The position numbers were made by a program, and so were the translations under genes. Positions 8,764 through 16,434 of a stretch of 37,668 nt of DNA are shown one piece after another. The DNA is taken from NCBI GenBank assembly GCA_041288095.1, contig JBGGMJ010000100.1:1-37668 (forward strand), read 5' to 3'. This DNA is from Myxococcota bacterium (GTDB lineage: Bacteria; Myxococcota; XYA12-FULL-58-9; JALHOP01). The notes below the pieces were generated by a model. It saw only the letters and a list, made by a program, of their open reading frames with translations, made no database searches and was not told where the DNA came from. Positions within the stretch are counted from its first letter, which is position 1, and every line of letters begins with the position of its first letter.

Positions 8764-11682
8764 CTAGCCGCCCTCGACGAGCTGCGTCAGCCGCTCGTAG
8801 ACCGCGCCCAGCTTGCTCGGGTCGCTGCCACCGGCTTGCGCGAGCTCGGGCTTACCGCCACCGCGGCCGCCGACCAGCGGTGCCAGCTCGGCGATGAGCT
8901 TGCCCGCCTGGAAGCGGCTCGTTAGGTCCTTGGTGACCGCGATGAGCAACGCCGCTTTGCCGTCGGCCTCGGCGCCCAAGCAGACGATGCCGCTCGGCAC
9001 CTTGCTGCGCAGGTCGTCAGCGAGATCACGCAAGCCCTTGGCGTCGACGTTGCCGACGCTCGTGGCGAGCACGCGCACGCCGCCAATGTCCCGCGCCAAG
9101 GAGAGCAAGTCGCCGCTCTGCGACTTGAGCTGCGTGCGCTTGAGCTCGGCCAAGCGTTTGTCGTTGTCGCGCGCCGCTTGCGACATGTCGGAGAACGCCT
9201 TGGCGATGCCGCCGCTGTCGATGGCGGCGATGTTCTTCAACACCGCGTCAGTGTCGTTGTTGCGGGCATTGGCGAGCTGCACCAGGGCACGCCACAGGTC
9301 GCGCAGATCGCGCGCTTCGGCGAGCCCAATGGTCTTGGGGAGGGCGGGGGCCCGAACCGCGCTGGTGTCGATGCGCACCGGCGCGCCGCCGGCCGCCTCG
9401 ACGTCGCGCGCGAGATCGGTGGCCGAACGCACGGCCTTGGCGATGGCCAAGAGAATCGGCTCGTCCTCATCCGCTTTGGCGGGCACTCGCCCACCGAGGA
9501 TATCGGCCGCCGTGACCAAGCGCCGATGTGTCTTGGCGGCGGTCGCGAGCGCCGCCGCGCCGCTCTCGGCCTCGATACGGCGCACGCCGCTCGCCACGGC
9601 TTCTTCGCCGGTGACCAGGACCAACCCGAGCTCGCCGGTGCGTGACGCATGGGTGCCACCGCAGAACTCGACCGACTTGCCCATGGTGACGACGCGCACG
9701 ACGTCGCCGTACTTTTCGCCGAAGAGCATCATGGCGCCCTTGGTACGTGCCTCTTCGAACGGTAGCACTTCGGTGACCACTGGGTAGTCAGCTTTGACAC
9801 GGGCGTTGGCGTCGTCTTCGACGATGCGCAGCTGCGCCGCGGTCGGAGCCTCGAAGTGCGAGTAGTCGAAGCGCAGGTGCGTGTCGTCGACGAGCGAGCC
9901 CGCTTGCTTGACGTGATCGCCGAGGATGTCGCGCAGGGCGCCGTGCAGGAGGTGCGTCGCCGAGTGATGGGCGCGGATCTCCTTGCGGCGTGTCGCGTCA
10001 TAGCCCGCGAACACCGTGTCGCCGACCGACAGCTTGCCGGAGGTGAGGTTGGCCATGGAGACGAACAGACCGTCCGCCGGCTTTTGCGTGTCGAGCACAC
10101 TGGCGCGCGACCCGCCTGGACCCTCGATGCGGCCGGTGTCACCGACCTGGCCGCCGGATTCACCGTAGAACGGCGTCGGCGAGATGACGATCTCGAAATC
10201 GCCCGCCGAAACGGACTGCACTTCCTTGCCGTTCTGCACCAGCGCCTTGATGGTGGCTTGATGGCGTGGCGCGTCCTCGACCGCGTAGCCGACGAAATCG
10301 GTCGGACCGAGCCTCTGGCGCAGCTCCTTGTAGATGCCGGCGACGCCGGCCACGCCGAGATCACCGGCACGCGAGCGCTCTTGTTGCTCGCCCATCGCTT
10401 TTTCGAAGCCGGCGACGTCGACGGTCAAGCCACGCTCCCCCGCGATGACCTCGGTGAGGTCACGCGGGAAGCCGTAGGTGTCGTAGAGCTTGAAGACCGC
10501 GTCGCCCGGCAGCACCTGCTTGCCGCCGGCGCGCGTCGTCTCCATTGCGTCCTCGAGGAGCTTCAAGCCGGTGTCGAGCGTACGGCGGAAGCTGCGCTCT
10601 TCGAGGTCGGCGACCTTGCCGATCAAGGTCCGCGCGCTGACGAGCTCGGGATACGCCTCGCCCATCACCTCGACGACCTTGTCGCACGCCTTCTCGAAGA
10701 AGACGTCGCCGAAGCCGAGACGCTTTCCATGACGGATGGCCCGCCGCATGATGCGCCGCATGACGTAGCCACGGCCTTCGTTCGAGGGCTGCACGCCATC
10801 GGCCACCAAGAACGCGGTAGCGCGCGCGTGGTCGGCGATGACGCGCATCGAGACGTCGTCCTCGGAGTCGCTCTTGCCGTAGGCCTTGCCCACGCCCTGC
10901 GAGACATTCTCGAGGATCGGCATGAACAAGTCGGTGTGGTAGTTCGAGTCCACGCCCTGGAGCAGTCGGCAGAGCCGTTCGAGGCCCATGCCGGTGTCGA
11001 CCGACGGCTTGGGCAACGGAGTCAGAACTCCGTTTTGGCGGTCGAACTGCATGAAGACGTTGTTCCAGAACTCGATGATGCGGCCGTTGTCGAAGTCCTC
11101 GGGCTTGACCGGGCCCGAGCCGGTGTCGAAGTAGATCTCGGTGCACGGACCGCAGGGTCCGCTATCGCCCATCGCCCAGAAATTGTCTTCGCCCATGGCG
11201 ACGATGCGCTCGTCGGTGAGACCGGAGATCTTCTTCCACAGAGTGCGCGCCTCGTCGTCGGCGGGGATGCCGGGGGCGCCTTTGTAGATCGTCACCCAGA
11301 TGCGCGACTTGTCGAGGCCGAGCTCCTTGAACGAGAGGTTCCAAGCCAGCTCGATCGCTTGCTCCTTGAAATAGTCGCCGAAGGAGAAGTTGCCGAGCAT
11401 CTCGAAGAAGGTGTGATGGCGCGTCGTGCGGCCGACGGCTTCGAGGTCGTTGTGCTTGCCGGAGACGCGCATGCACTTCTGGGTGGTGGCGGCGCGTGAG
11501 TAGGCGCGCTTGTCCTGGCCGGTGAACACGTCCTTGAACTGGACCATGCCGGCGTTGGTGAACATGAGCGTGGCGTCGCCTTGCGGGACGAGCGGCGACG
11601 ACTTGACCACCTGGTGGCCGTGCTTTGCGAAGTAGTCGAGGAAGCCACGGCGAACCGCGGCCGCTTTCATCGAGGTAGCCAT
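8764..11682 (-). CDS. alaS: Alanine--tRNA ligase (with ~100 aa extra segment before C-Ala domain)
   Basis: FTNAGMVQFK, HHTFFEMLGNFSFGDYFK, GPCGPCTEI, DTGMGLER, TPFYGESGGQVGD, editing motifs HSATH and CGGTH, C-terminal GRGGGKPELAQAGG. ATG at 11682 overlaps the upstream TGA. Confidence 0.98.
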   Translation of the reverse strand: MATSMKAAAVRRGFLDYFAKHGHQVVKSSPLVPQGDATLMFTNAGMVQFKDVFTGQDKRAYSRAATTQKCMRVSGKHNDLEAVGRTTRHHTFFEMLGNFSFGDYFKEQAIELAWNLSFKELGLDKSRIWVTIYKGAPGIPADDEARTLWKKISGLTDERIVAMGEDNFWAMGDSGPCGPCTEIYFDTGSGPVKPEDFDNGRIIEFWNNVFMQFDRQNGVLTPLPKPSVDTGMGLERLCRLLQGVDSNYHTDLFMPILENVSQGVGKAYGKSDSEDDVSMRVIADHARATAFLVADGVQPSNEGRGYVMRRIMRRAIRHGKRLGFGDVFFEKACDKVVEVMGEAYPELVSARTLIGKVADLEERSFRRTLDTGLKLLEDAMETTRAGGKQVLPGDAVFKLYDTYGFPRDLTEVIAGERGLTVDVAGFEKAMGEQQERSRAGDLGVAGVAGIYKELRQRLGPTDFVGYAVEDAPRHQATIKALVQNGKEVQSVSAGDFEIVISPTPFYGESGGQVGDTGRIEGPGGSRASVLDTQKPADGLFVSMANLTSGKLSVGDTVFAGYDATRRKEIRAHHSATHLLHGALRDILGDHVKQAGSLVDDTHLRFDYSHFEAPTAAQLRIVEDDANARVKADYPVVTEVLPFEEARTKGAMMLFGEKYGDVVRVVTMGKSVEFCGGTHASRTGELGLVLVTGEEAVASGVRRIEAESGAAALATAAKTHRRLVTAADILGGRVPAKADEDEPILLAIAKAVRSATDLARDVEAAGGAPVRIDTSAVRAPALPKTIGLAEARDLRDLWRALVQLANARNNDTDAVLKNIAAIDSGGIAKAFSDMSQAARDNDKRLAELKRTQLKSQSGDLLSLARDIGGVRVLATSVGNVDAKGLRDLADDLRSKVPSGIVCLGAEADGKAALLIAVTKDLTSRFQAGKLIAELAPLVGGRGGGKPELAQAGGSDPSKLGAVYERLTQLVEGG

Positions 11683-11864
11683 CACTTGTCGATCTTGTCC
11701 TTGGGGACGTTGTAGTAATGGCCGTCGGCGGCGCGCACCAGGATGCTGTTGCCCCACTCCTGCACGATCTTCACCTCGTCGCCCGGTTTGAAGCTGGTCT
11801 GCTCGACCTCGGCGTCTTTGGTGGTTTGGAACTTGAGGGTAACGGCCTCTTTCATTTTCGCCAT
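11682..11864 (-). CDS. Small 60-aa hypothetical protein, SH3-like beta-barrel pattern
   Basis: MAKMKEAVTLKF...SFKPGDEVKIVQEWGNSILVRAADGHYYNVPKDKIDK. Genome-like codon usage, and the stop overlaps the alaS start (TGATG). Confidence 0.8.
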   Translation of the reverse strand: MAKMKEAVTLKFQTTKDAEVEQTSFKPGDEVKIVQEWGNSILVRAADGHYYNVPKDKIDK

Positions 11865-11934
11865 GGGGTTGGCTTCATGCCACGGCGCGTAGCCGACTCG
11901 CAACGCATCTCCAGGCCCGGTAAACTCTCGTTTC

Positions 11935-12471
11935 ATGCCTCAACGCCCCCACCTCCTCGCCGTCGTGCTGCTGTTGCTCGCGGGGCCCGCCCAGGCGACG
12001 GTTCTAGCGGACTGGACCCTCGAGGAGCGCATCGCCCATAGCGATAGCGTCGTCGCCGGCACGATCACCGCGCAGCGGGTCACGAGGGTCGGGGACGACA
12101 TCGTCACCGAGAGTACGGTGGTGGTTAGCCGCACCTTGTTCGGCCCCGAGCGGCGCGAGCTCACCGTGAGCCAGCTCGGCGGCACCATCGGGGAGACCAC
12201 ATTACACGTCGAAGGCAGCGCTCACTTCGAAGTCGGCGACGAGGTGGTGCTCATCGTCAAGCGCGACGCCCGCGGCCGCGACCAGCTGGTCGGCATGAGC
12301 CTCGGTGCTTTCCTCGTCAAAGGCAGGCTGGCGCGGCAATCCATTCGCGTGCCGCTCATGGGCAGCGACGGCCGCCTGCGGAAGGCCCCAGGAGAGCAGG
12401 TCGTCGATATGGAGCGTATCCGAGCCGCGGCAGCGGACGTGCGCCGGACACTCGACCGGACGGTGCGGTGA
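11935..12471 (+). CDS. Secreted hypothetical protein, matrixin-associated (OB/NTR-like beta-rich domain)
   Basis: Signal peptide ending AQA-T, then LEERIAHSDSVVAGTITAQ...V.QLGGTIG...VEGSAHFEVGDEVVLIV. Its stop overlaps the metalloprotease start (GTGA). Confidence 0.8.
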   Translation: MPQRPHLLAVVLLLLAGPAQATVLADWTLEERIAHSDSVVAGTITAQRVTRVGDDIVTESTVVVSRTLFGPERRELTVSQLGGTIGETTLHVEGSAHFEVGDEVVLIVKRDARGRDQLVGMSLGAFLVKGRLARQSIRVPLMGSDGRLRKAPGEQVVDMERIRAAAADVRRTLDRTVR

Positions 12472-13853
12472 AAGCGCTCTTTCTCATCGCGCCGCTGCTG
12501 TGCGGATTCACCACCATGCGGGTTGGTACCACCGGCGGCTCGGTCAAATGGGCCGGCGCCAGCGTCGTTTTTTACGTCGATGCGAGTGGTATCAACAGCA
12601 TGCCCGGCGACTCGGACATCGCGGCTGCCTTCCAAGCCATGGAGGCTTGGAGCACCGTGCCGTGCTCGAGCTTCCGCTTCGTCAACGGTGGCACCACGAC
12701 GGGCGACCCCGGACAGACGATTCGCTTCGTGCACAGCGCGGGCAGTTGGCCTTCCGCCGGCGGCGTCGTTGCCTACACCGCGTTCGAGAATAGCGGCGCC
12801 GACATCACCAGGGCGGACATCTTCGTCAACGACTTCGAGTTCACCTGGTCGCGGGCCGGCGATCTGCGCTCCTACGATCTACAGTCCGTTTTAACGCACG
12901 AGCTCGGCCACGCCCTGGGTTTGCAGCACAGCGCTGACCCGACCAACAGCATGTATTGGCGCGGCACCAAGGGGAGCACGTTCTTTCGAACGCTCTCCGC
13001 TGACGACAAAGCGGGTCTTTGTTACCTCTATCCCGTGAGCTCGGGGCCGTGTGACGGTAACGAGGACTGTCCGATCTTGAGCAACGGTGATGACGCGGGC
13101 GTGTCCACTGTCTGCTCCGGCGGGTCATGTAGCGCGGGCACGCGTGGTTATGGCGAGGATTGCTTGGGCAACGCGGGCTGTGCCAGCGCTGTCTGCGCGC
13201 GCTTCGATGGCGCCGACGCGACCGTGCAGGTTGCCCCCGGCTTGTGCAGCCAGGCGAGTTGTCCCTGCCCCAATGGAGACGCCTGTGCCGGCGGCGTCTG
13301 CGCTCCGCGCGGCGCTGCGTGCAACTCCGCGACCTGTGAAGCGGCAACCACTACGAACCTGAACGACTACTGCATGGTTGGCCTGGACGGGACCTTCGAA
13401 TGCATCGACGTTTGCGTCGCGAGCAGCTGCGGCCCATCACCGGCCGAGTGCTTCCAGCCGGTAGACGTCGGTGACCCGGGTCGTTGCCGCACACCCGGTC
13501 CCAAGCCGGTTGGCGACCCGTGCACCGCGCCCAGCGAATGCGCGACCTACATCTGCGGCGTCGGCCTCGACGGCGTTTCCACGTGCGCCGCGCCCGACGA
13601 AGTCGTCGATCCCCCAGACCCACCTCCGGACACAGGGGGCCAACCCGACGGCGGTGACCCGAGCGGTGGCGACACCGGCGGCGATGGAATCGTCCAACCC
13701 GCTGATTCCGACGACACCGATCCTTCAGATCCTGGCAATTCCGTCGATGGGGGTTGCGCCGCCTCCAGTCCGAGCTTTGCATTGATGATGGGGGCGATTG
13801 TGGTCGTACTTTTCGCAGTCCAACGGACCCGGATTGTACGTAGAATCTCCTAG
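12468..13853 (+). CDS. Matrixin (M10-like) zinc metalloprotease with Cys-rich repeats and MYXO-CTERM-like anchor
   Basis: HELGHALGLQH zinc motif, Met-turn NSMY and LSADDKAGL..LY. Then a Cys-rich region, a Pro/Asp/Gly linker and a GGC + hydrophobic helix + Arg-rich C-terminus. Confidence 0.92.
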   Translation: MKALFLIAPLLCGFTTMRVGTTGGSVKWAGASVVFYVDASGINSMPGDSDIAAAFQAMEAWSTVPCSSFRFVNGGTTTGDPGQTIRFVHSAGSWPSAGGVVAYTAFENSGADITRADIFVNDFEFTWSRAGDLRSYDLQSVLTHELGHALGLQHSADPTNSMYWRGTKGSTFFRTLSADDKAGLCYLYPVSSGPCDGNEDCPILSNGDDAGVSTVCSGGSCSAGTRGYGEDCLGNAGCASAVCARFDGADATVQVAPGLCSQASCPCPNGDACAGGVCAPRGAACNSATCEAATTTNLNDYCMVGLDGTFECIDVCVASSCGPSPAECFQPVDVGDPGRCRTPGPKPVGDPCTAPSECATYICGVGLDGVSTCAAPDEVVDPPDPPPDTGGQPDGGDPSGGDTGGDGIVQPADSDDTDPSDPGNSVDGGCAASSPSFALMMGAIVVVLFAVQRTRIVRRIS

Positions 13854-13872
13854 GGACGTTCGAGCTGTACCA

Positions 13873-14454
13873 ATGACCAAACCCAAGGGCCCTTCATTCG
13901 TCGAGCGCGTCCGAGAAGACGCGAGTCGCTACTTGCAGGAGCTGCTCGTCGAGAACGAGCGCCTGCGCGCCGATTTCGTCACCGTCCAGGAGGAGATCAG
14001 CGGCCTCGCGAACCTGTTCGTCGCGGTCTCGAGCGTCACCGGCACGCGCGACCGGGCCAGGATCGTGTCGGCGATCGAAGAGGTCGTGGTGAACATCGTC
14101 GGCTCGGAAGAGGTCGCCATCTTCGCGCTCGACGGCAAGAGCCTGACCCTCGTCTCGTCGGTCGGCGTCCCGGCGGACGAGTTCAAGCGCGTGGAGCTAG
14201 GGAGCGGGGTCATCGGCCAGGTCGCTCAATCCGGCGAAGCTTACATCCCGCTCGAAGACGACGTCCCGCGCGAGAGCTGTGCCGGGCATCCCGTGAACGC
14301 ATGCGTGCCGCTCACGGTGGATGGCGTGGTCACCGGTGTCATCGCGGTCTTCCGCCTCCTGCAGCAGAAACCCCGCCTCACCGAGAGCGACGTCGAGCTG
14401 CTGCGCTTGCTCGGGACGCATGGCGGCGCTTCGCTCGCCTGCGCCCGGAGCTGA
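13873..14454 (+). CDS. Stand-alone GAF domain protein with N-terminal coiled coil
   Basis: LANLFVA...IEEVVVNIVGSE..AIF...GSGVIGQVAQSGE...ACVPLTVDGVVTGVIAVF...SDVELLRLLG. ATG 13873 was chosen because the longer start overlaps the upstream gene. Confidence 0.88.
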   Translation: MTKPKGPSFVERVREDASRYLQELLVENERLRADFVTVQEEISGLANLFVAVSSVTGTRDRARIVSAIEEVVVNIVGSEEVAIFALDGKSLTLVSSVGVPADEFKRVELGSGVIGQVAQSGEAYIPLEDDVPRESCAGHPVNACVPLTVDGVVTGVIAVFRLLQQKPRLTESDVELLRLLGTHGGASLACARS

Positions 14455-14463
14455 GCGCGGCGC

Positions 14464-14760
14464 TCAGGACGCTTTCGCGGCCTTCTTCTTGTGCTCCATC
14501 TGATCGAGCCGCTTGGCGATCGTCTTCAGCTTGGCGTTCAGCTCGGCGACATCCTTGGTCGTCACGATCTGGAGGGAGGCGAGGATGCGGCCGACGACAT
14601 CTTCTACGCGGCGCTCGACCTCGTCGCGCTTGTCATGGATGAAGCTGGTGGCGCTACGGACCAGGCCCGCTTCGGTATCGAGCAGTGCCTTGGCCTGCTT
14701 CTGAACCTGCTGCAACCACTCCTCGGCACGCTCACGCGCGGCGTTCGCTGTCAGAGCCAT
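14464..14760 (-). CDS. Phasin-like / polyhydroxyalkanoate granule-associated small helical protein
   Basis: VERRVEDVVGRILASLQIVTTKDVAELNAKLKTIAKRL resembles PhaF/PhaI-type phasins. GGGAGG Shine-Dalgarno lies 7 nt before the ATG. Confidence 0.65.
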   Translation of the reverse strand: MALTANAARERAEEWLQQVQKQAKALLDTEAGLVRSATSFIHDKRDEVERRVEDVVGRILASLQIVTTKDVAELNAKLKTIAKRLDQMEHKKKAAKAS

Positions 14761-14810
14761 CGGATAGCCTCCCTGTTCACTCGGTTTGAGCTTGTCCAAC
14801 CACGCCCAAA

Positions 14811-14827
14811 CTAACGCGATGCGTTAG
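14811..14827. promoter_or_regulatory. 7-3-7 palindrome in divergent intergenic region, possible operator
   Basis: ctaacgc-gat-gcgttag, about 50 bp upstream of the phasin-like start. Confidence 0.35.
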
Positions 14828-14946
14828 GGAAAGAAAGGGGGCACGTGCGCGATCTGAGGGGGCTGATTACTATTCGAACCCGAGCGATCGTTGAGTGGGT
14901 AAGTAGGTGCATGTGGGTGTGGCTTTGCCCTTCCCACTGGTGGGTG

Positions 14947-15155
14947 GGGCGTATATGGAGGCGCCCGGTCGGTGACGAAGCAACTTTGGCCCTGGCTCTG
15001 CCGAGAACAAAGTCGTCACTGATAATGGGCGGGGTTCTGCCCATCCTTGAGAAGCGCAGGCTGTCCGATAGCGTCCAACGCTCAAGCCTGCGGGAAACGG
15101 TGCTCGAGAGAAGGTCTAAACGAGCTCCGTACGGCGCAGCCGCTACCGGATGCGC
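14947..15155 (+). ncRNA. Candidate structured RNA / 5' leader (six consecutive stem-loops), family not recognised
   Basis: Stems: 14947-14952/14961-14966; 14968-14978/15013-15023; 15025-15032/15037-15044; 15055-15062/15085-15092; 15097-15106/15121-15130; 15134-15138/15151-15155. G-U pairs form on the + strand. Confidence 0.45.
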
Positions 15156-15236
15156 AAAGTAACCAAGGCTGTTCGAAGTGATGCGCGCTCCATGGTGTGC
15201 ATAGGCGTAGCACTCGAATCGTCCATAGGTGGTAGA

Positions 15237-16421
15237 ATGAAGAATGAAGTCACACATGCCCCTGCATCGCAGAAGCGTTCGGCCCAGGCCGACCGCGACG
15301 GCGCTGCACGGAGCCTGCGCCGCCAAGGGCGTGACCTTCATTCCAGCCCCTATGCGACCCCTGCCTGGGGTAACAACGCAACGCTTCGCGATACCGTCGT
15401 AGAAGCCCGTAATCTCACGCACGACACCCTGCTGGACCTCCAGCCGCTCATGCCGATGGCCGCCGATGACGACGTCACCGAGCTCGATATGCCGGTGCTC
15501 GCACGACCCGCCACGCGCCAGCCCAAAGACAAAAAGCGCATGACGGCCAAGAAGTTACGGGCCGCTCCGGCGCTCGAGCACACGCCGCGCCGCATCAAAG
15601 CGCACACCGTCGCAAACCCGGTGCTGAACGGTGTTGCCCGGGAGCGCTTCGCCAAGGCCCAGACGGTCACCGCCATGGCCAAGGCACCGGAGCTCTCGCT
15701 CCTCCAAGGCCTTTTCTCGGTGAAGACGCTTGGCCGCCTCGCGGTGGCTGCCGTCGCGTTGGTCGTGGCGTTGCACCCGACGACCCGCGCCGTTGCCGAG
15801 AACGTGGTCAGCTCTCTGAGCGAAGACGCGTCGATGGTCGCTCTGAGCGATCCGCGCGACCCCAAGGAGTTCGTCTCCGACCTCGCGATCGTCATGCCGC
15901 GGCCGACCATCGTGTTGACGCGCCAGGACGCGGTGGCCCAGGAGCTCCTCAAGTTCTCGCGCACCATGTCGACGCAAGACGTCCTGCGTACGGCCCAGGC
16001 CATCAGCGAAGAGGCCGAGCGCCTGGGTTACGACCCGCTTCTCTTGCTCGCGCTCATCCACATCGAGTCGTTCTACGACCACCTTGCTTTGTCGCCAGTG
16101 GGCGCCGAGGGCCTGATGCAGCTCATGCCGCCCACCGCCGAGTGGATGGCCGGCCGTCTGCAACTGCGCTGGGACCAGGGTCACACGTTCGACCCGGTGC
16201 TCAACGTTCGCCTGGGCAGTCAGTACCTGGCCTACCTGCACCGCGAGTTCGGCCGCATGGATTATGCGCTTACAGCGTACAACCGGGGCCCACACGCCAC
16301 CCGGTACCTGGTCGACCGTTTTGGCCGCTTGCCGCCGCCGATCTACGAGTTCTATGCCGGCAAGGTCCTCGGCTACTACGAGAAGCTGAAGGCGATGTAC
16401 GGCAAGTTGCCGATGGGATGA
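15237..16421 (+). CDS. Lytic transglycosylase (SLT domain) with long N-terminal region and TM anchor
   Basis: LALIHIESFY (catalytic Glu), SPVGAEGLMQLMPPTA, DPVLNVRLGSQYL and ALTAYNRGP. TM segment LAVAAVALVVAL. Start uncertain: ATG 15237 follows AGGTGG, but the ORF is open from 15150. Confidence 0.9.
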   Translation: MKNEVTHAPASQKRSAQADRDGAARSLRRQGRDLHSSPYATPAWGNNATLRDTVVEARNLTHDTLLDLQPLMPMAADDDVTELDMPVLARPATRQPKDKKRMTAKKLRAAPALEHTPRRIKAHTVANPVLNGVARERFAKAQTVTAMAKAPELSLLQGLFSVKTLGRLAVAAVALVVALHPTTRAVAENVVSSLSEDASMVALSDPRDPKEFVSDLAIVMPRPTIVLTRQDAVAQELLKFSRTMSTQDVLRTAQAISEEAERLGYDPLLLLALIHIESFYDHLALSPVGAEGLMQLMPPTAEWMAGRLQLRWDQGHTFDPVLNVRLGSQYLAYLHREFGRMDYALTAYNRGPHATRYLVDRFGRLPPPIYEFYAGKVLGYYEKLKAMYGKLPMG

Positions 16422-16434
16422 TATCCTTCGGTTT

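Noticed and set aside
2332..11499. Long + strand ORFs such as 2332..3903, 5410..6408 and 9856..11499
   Set aside because: Antisense shadows of gdh and alaS, expected from high GC3 codon bias.
11683..11757. Extended alaS start at 11757 in the ORF track
   Set aside because: It overlaps the small upstream gene; AlaRS homology begins near ATG 11682.
13000..13760. Cys-rich and Pro/Asp/Gly repeats as a DNA repeat or diversity-generating target
   Set aside because: Protein-level low complexity typical of myxobacterial surface proteins; no template/variable repeat pair and no reverse transcriptase.
15090..15125. gggaaac...ggtctaaa as a c-di-GMP-I riboswitch
   Set aside because: Lacks the GGCAAA/GNRA-loop P2 and GCAAAG junction in the proper order; only superficial similarity.
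14811..15422. ORFs 14811..15422 (-) and 14845..15162 (+)
   Set aside because: Atypical codon usage and no motifs; the region is better explained as a divergent intergenic or structured leader.
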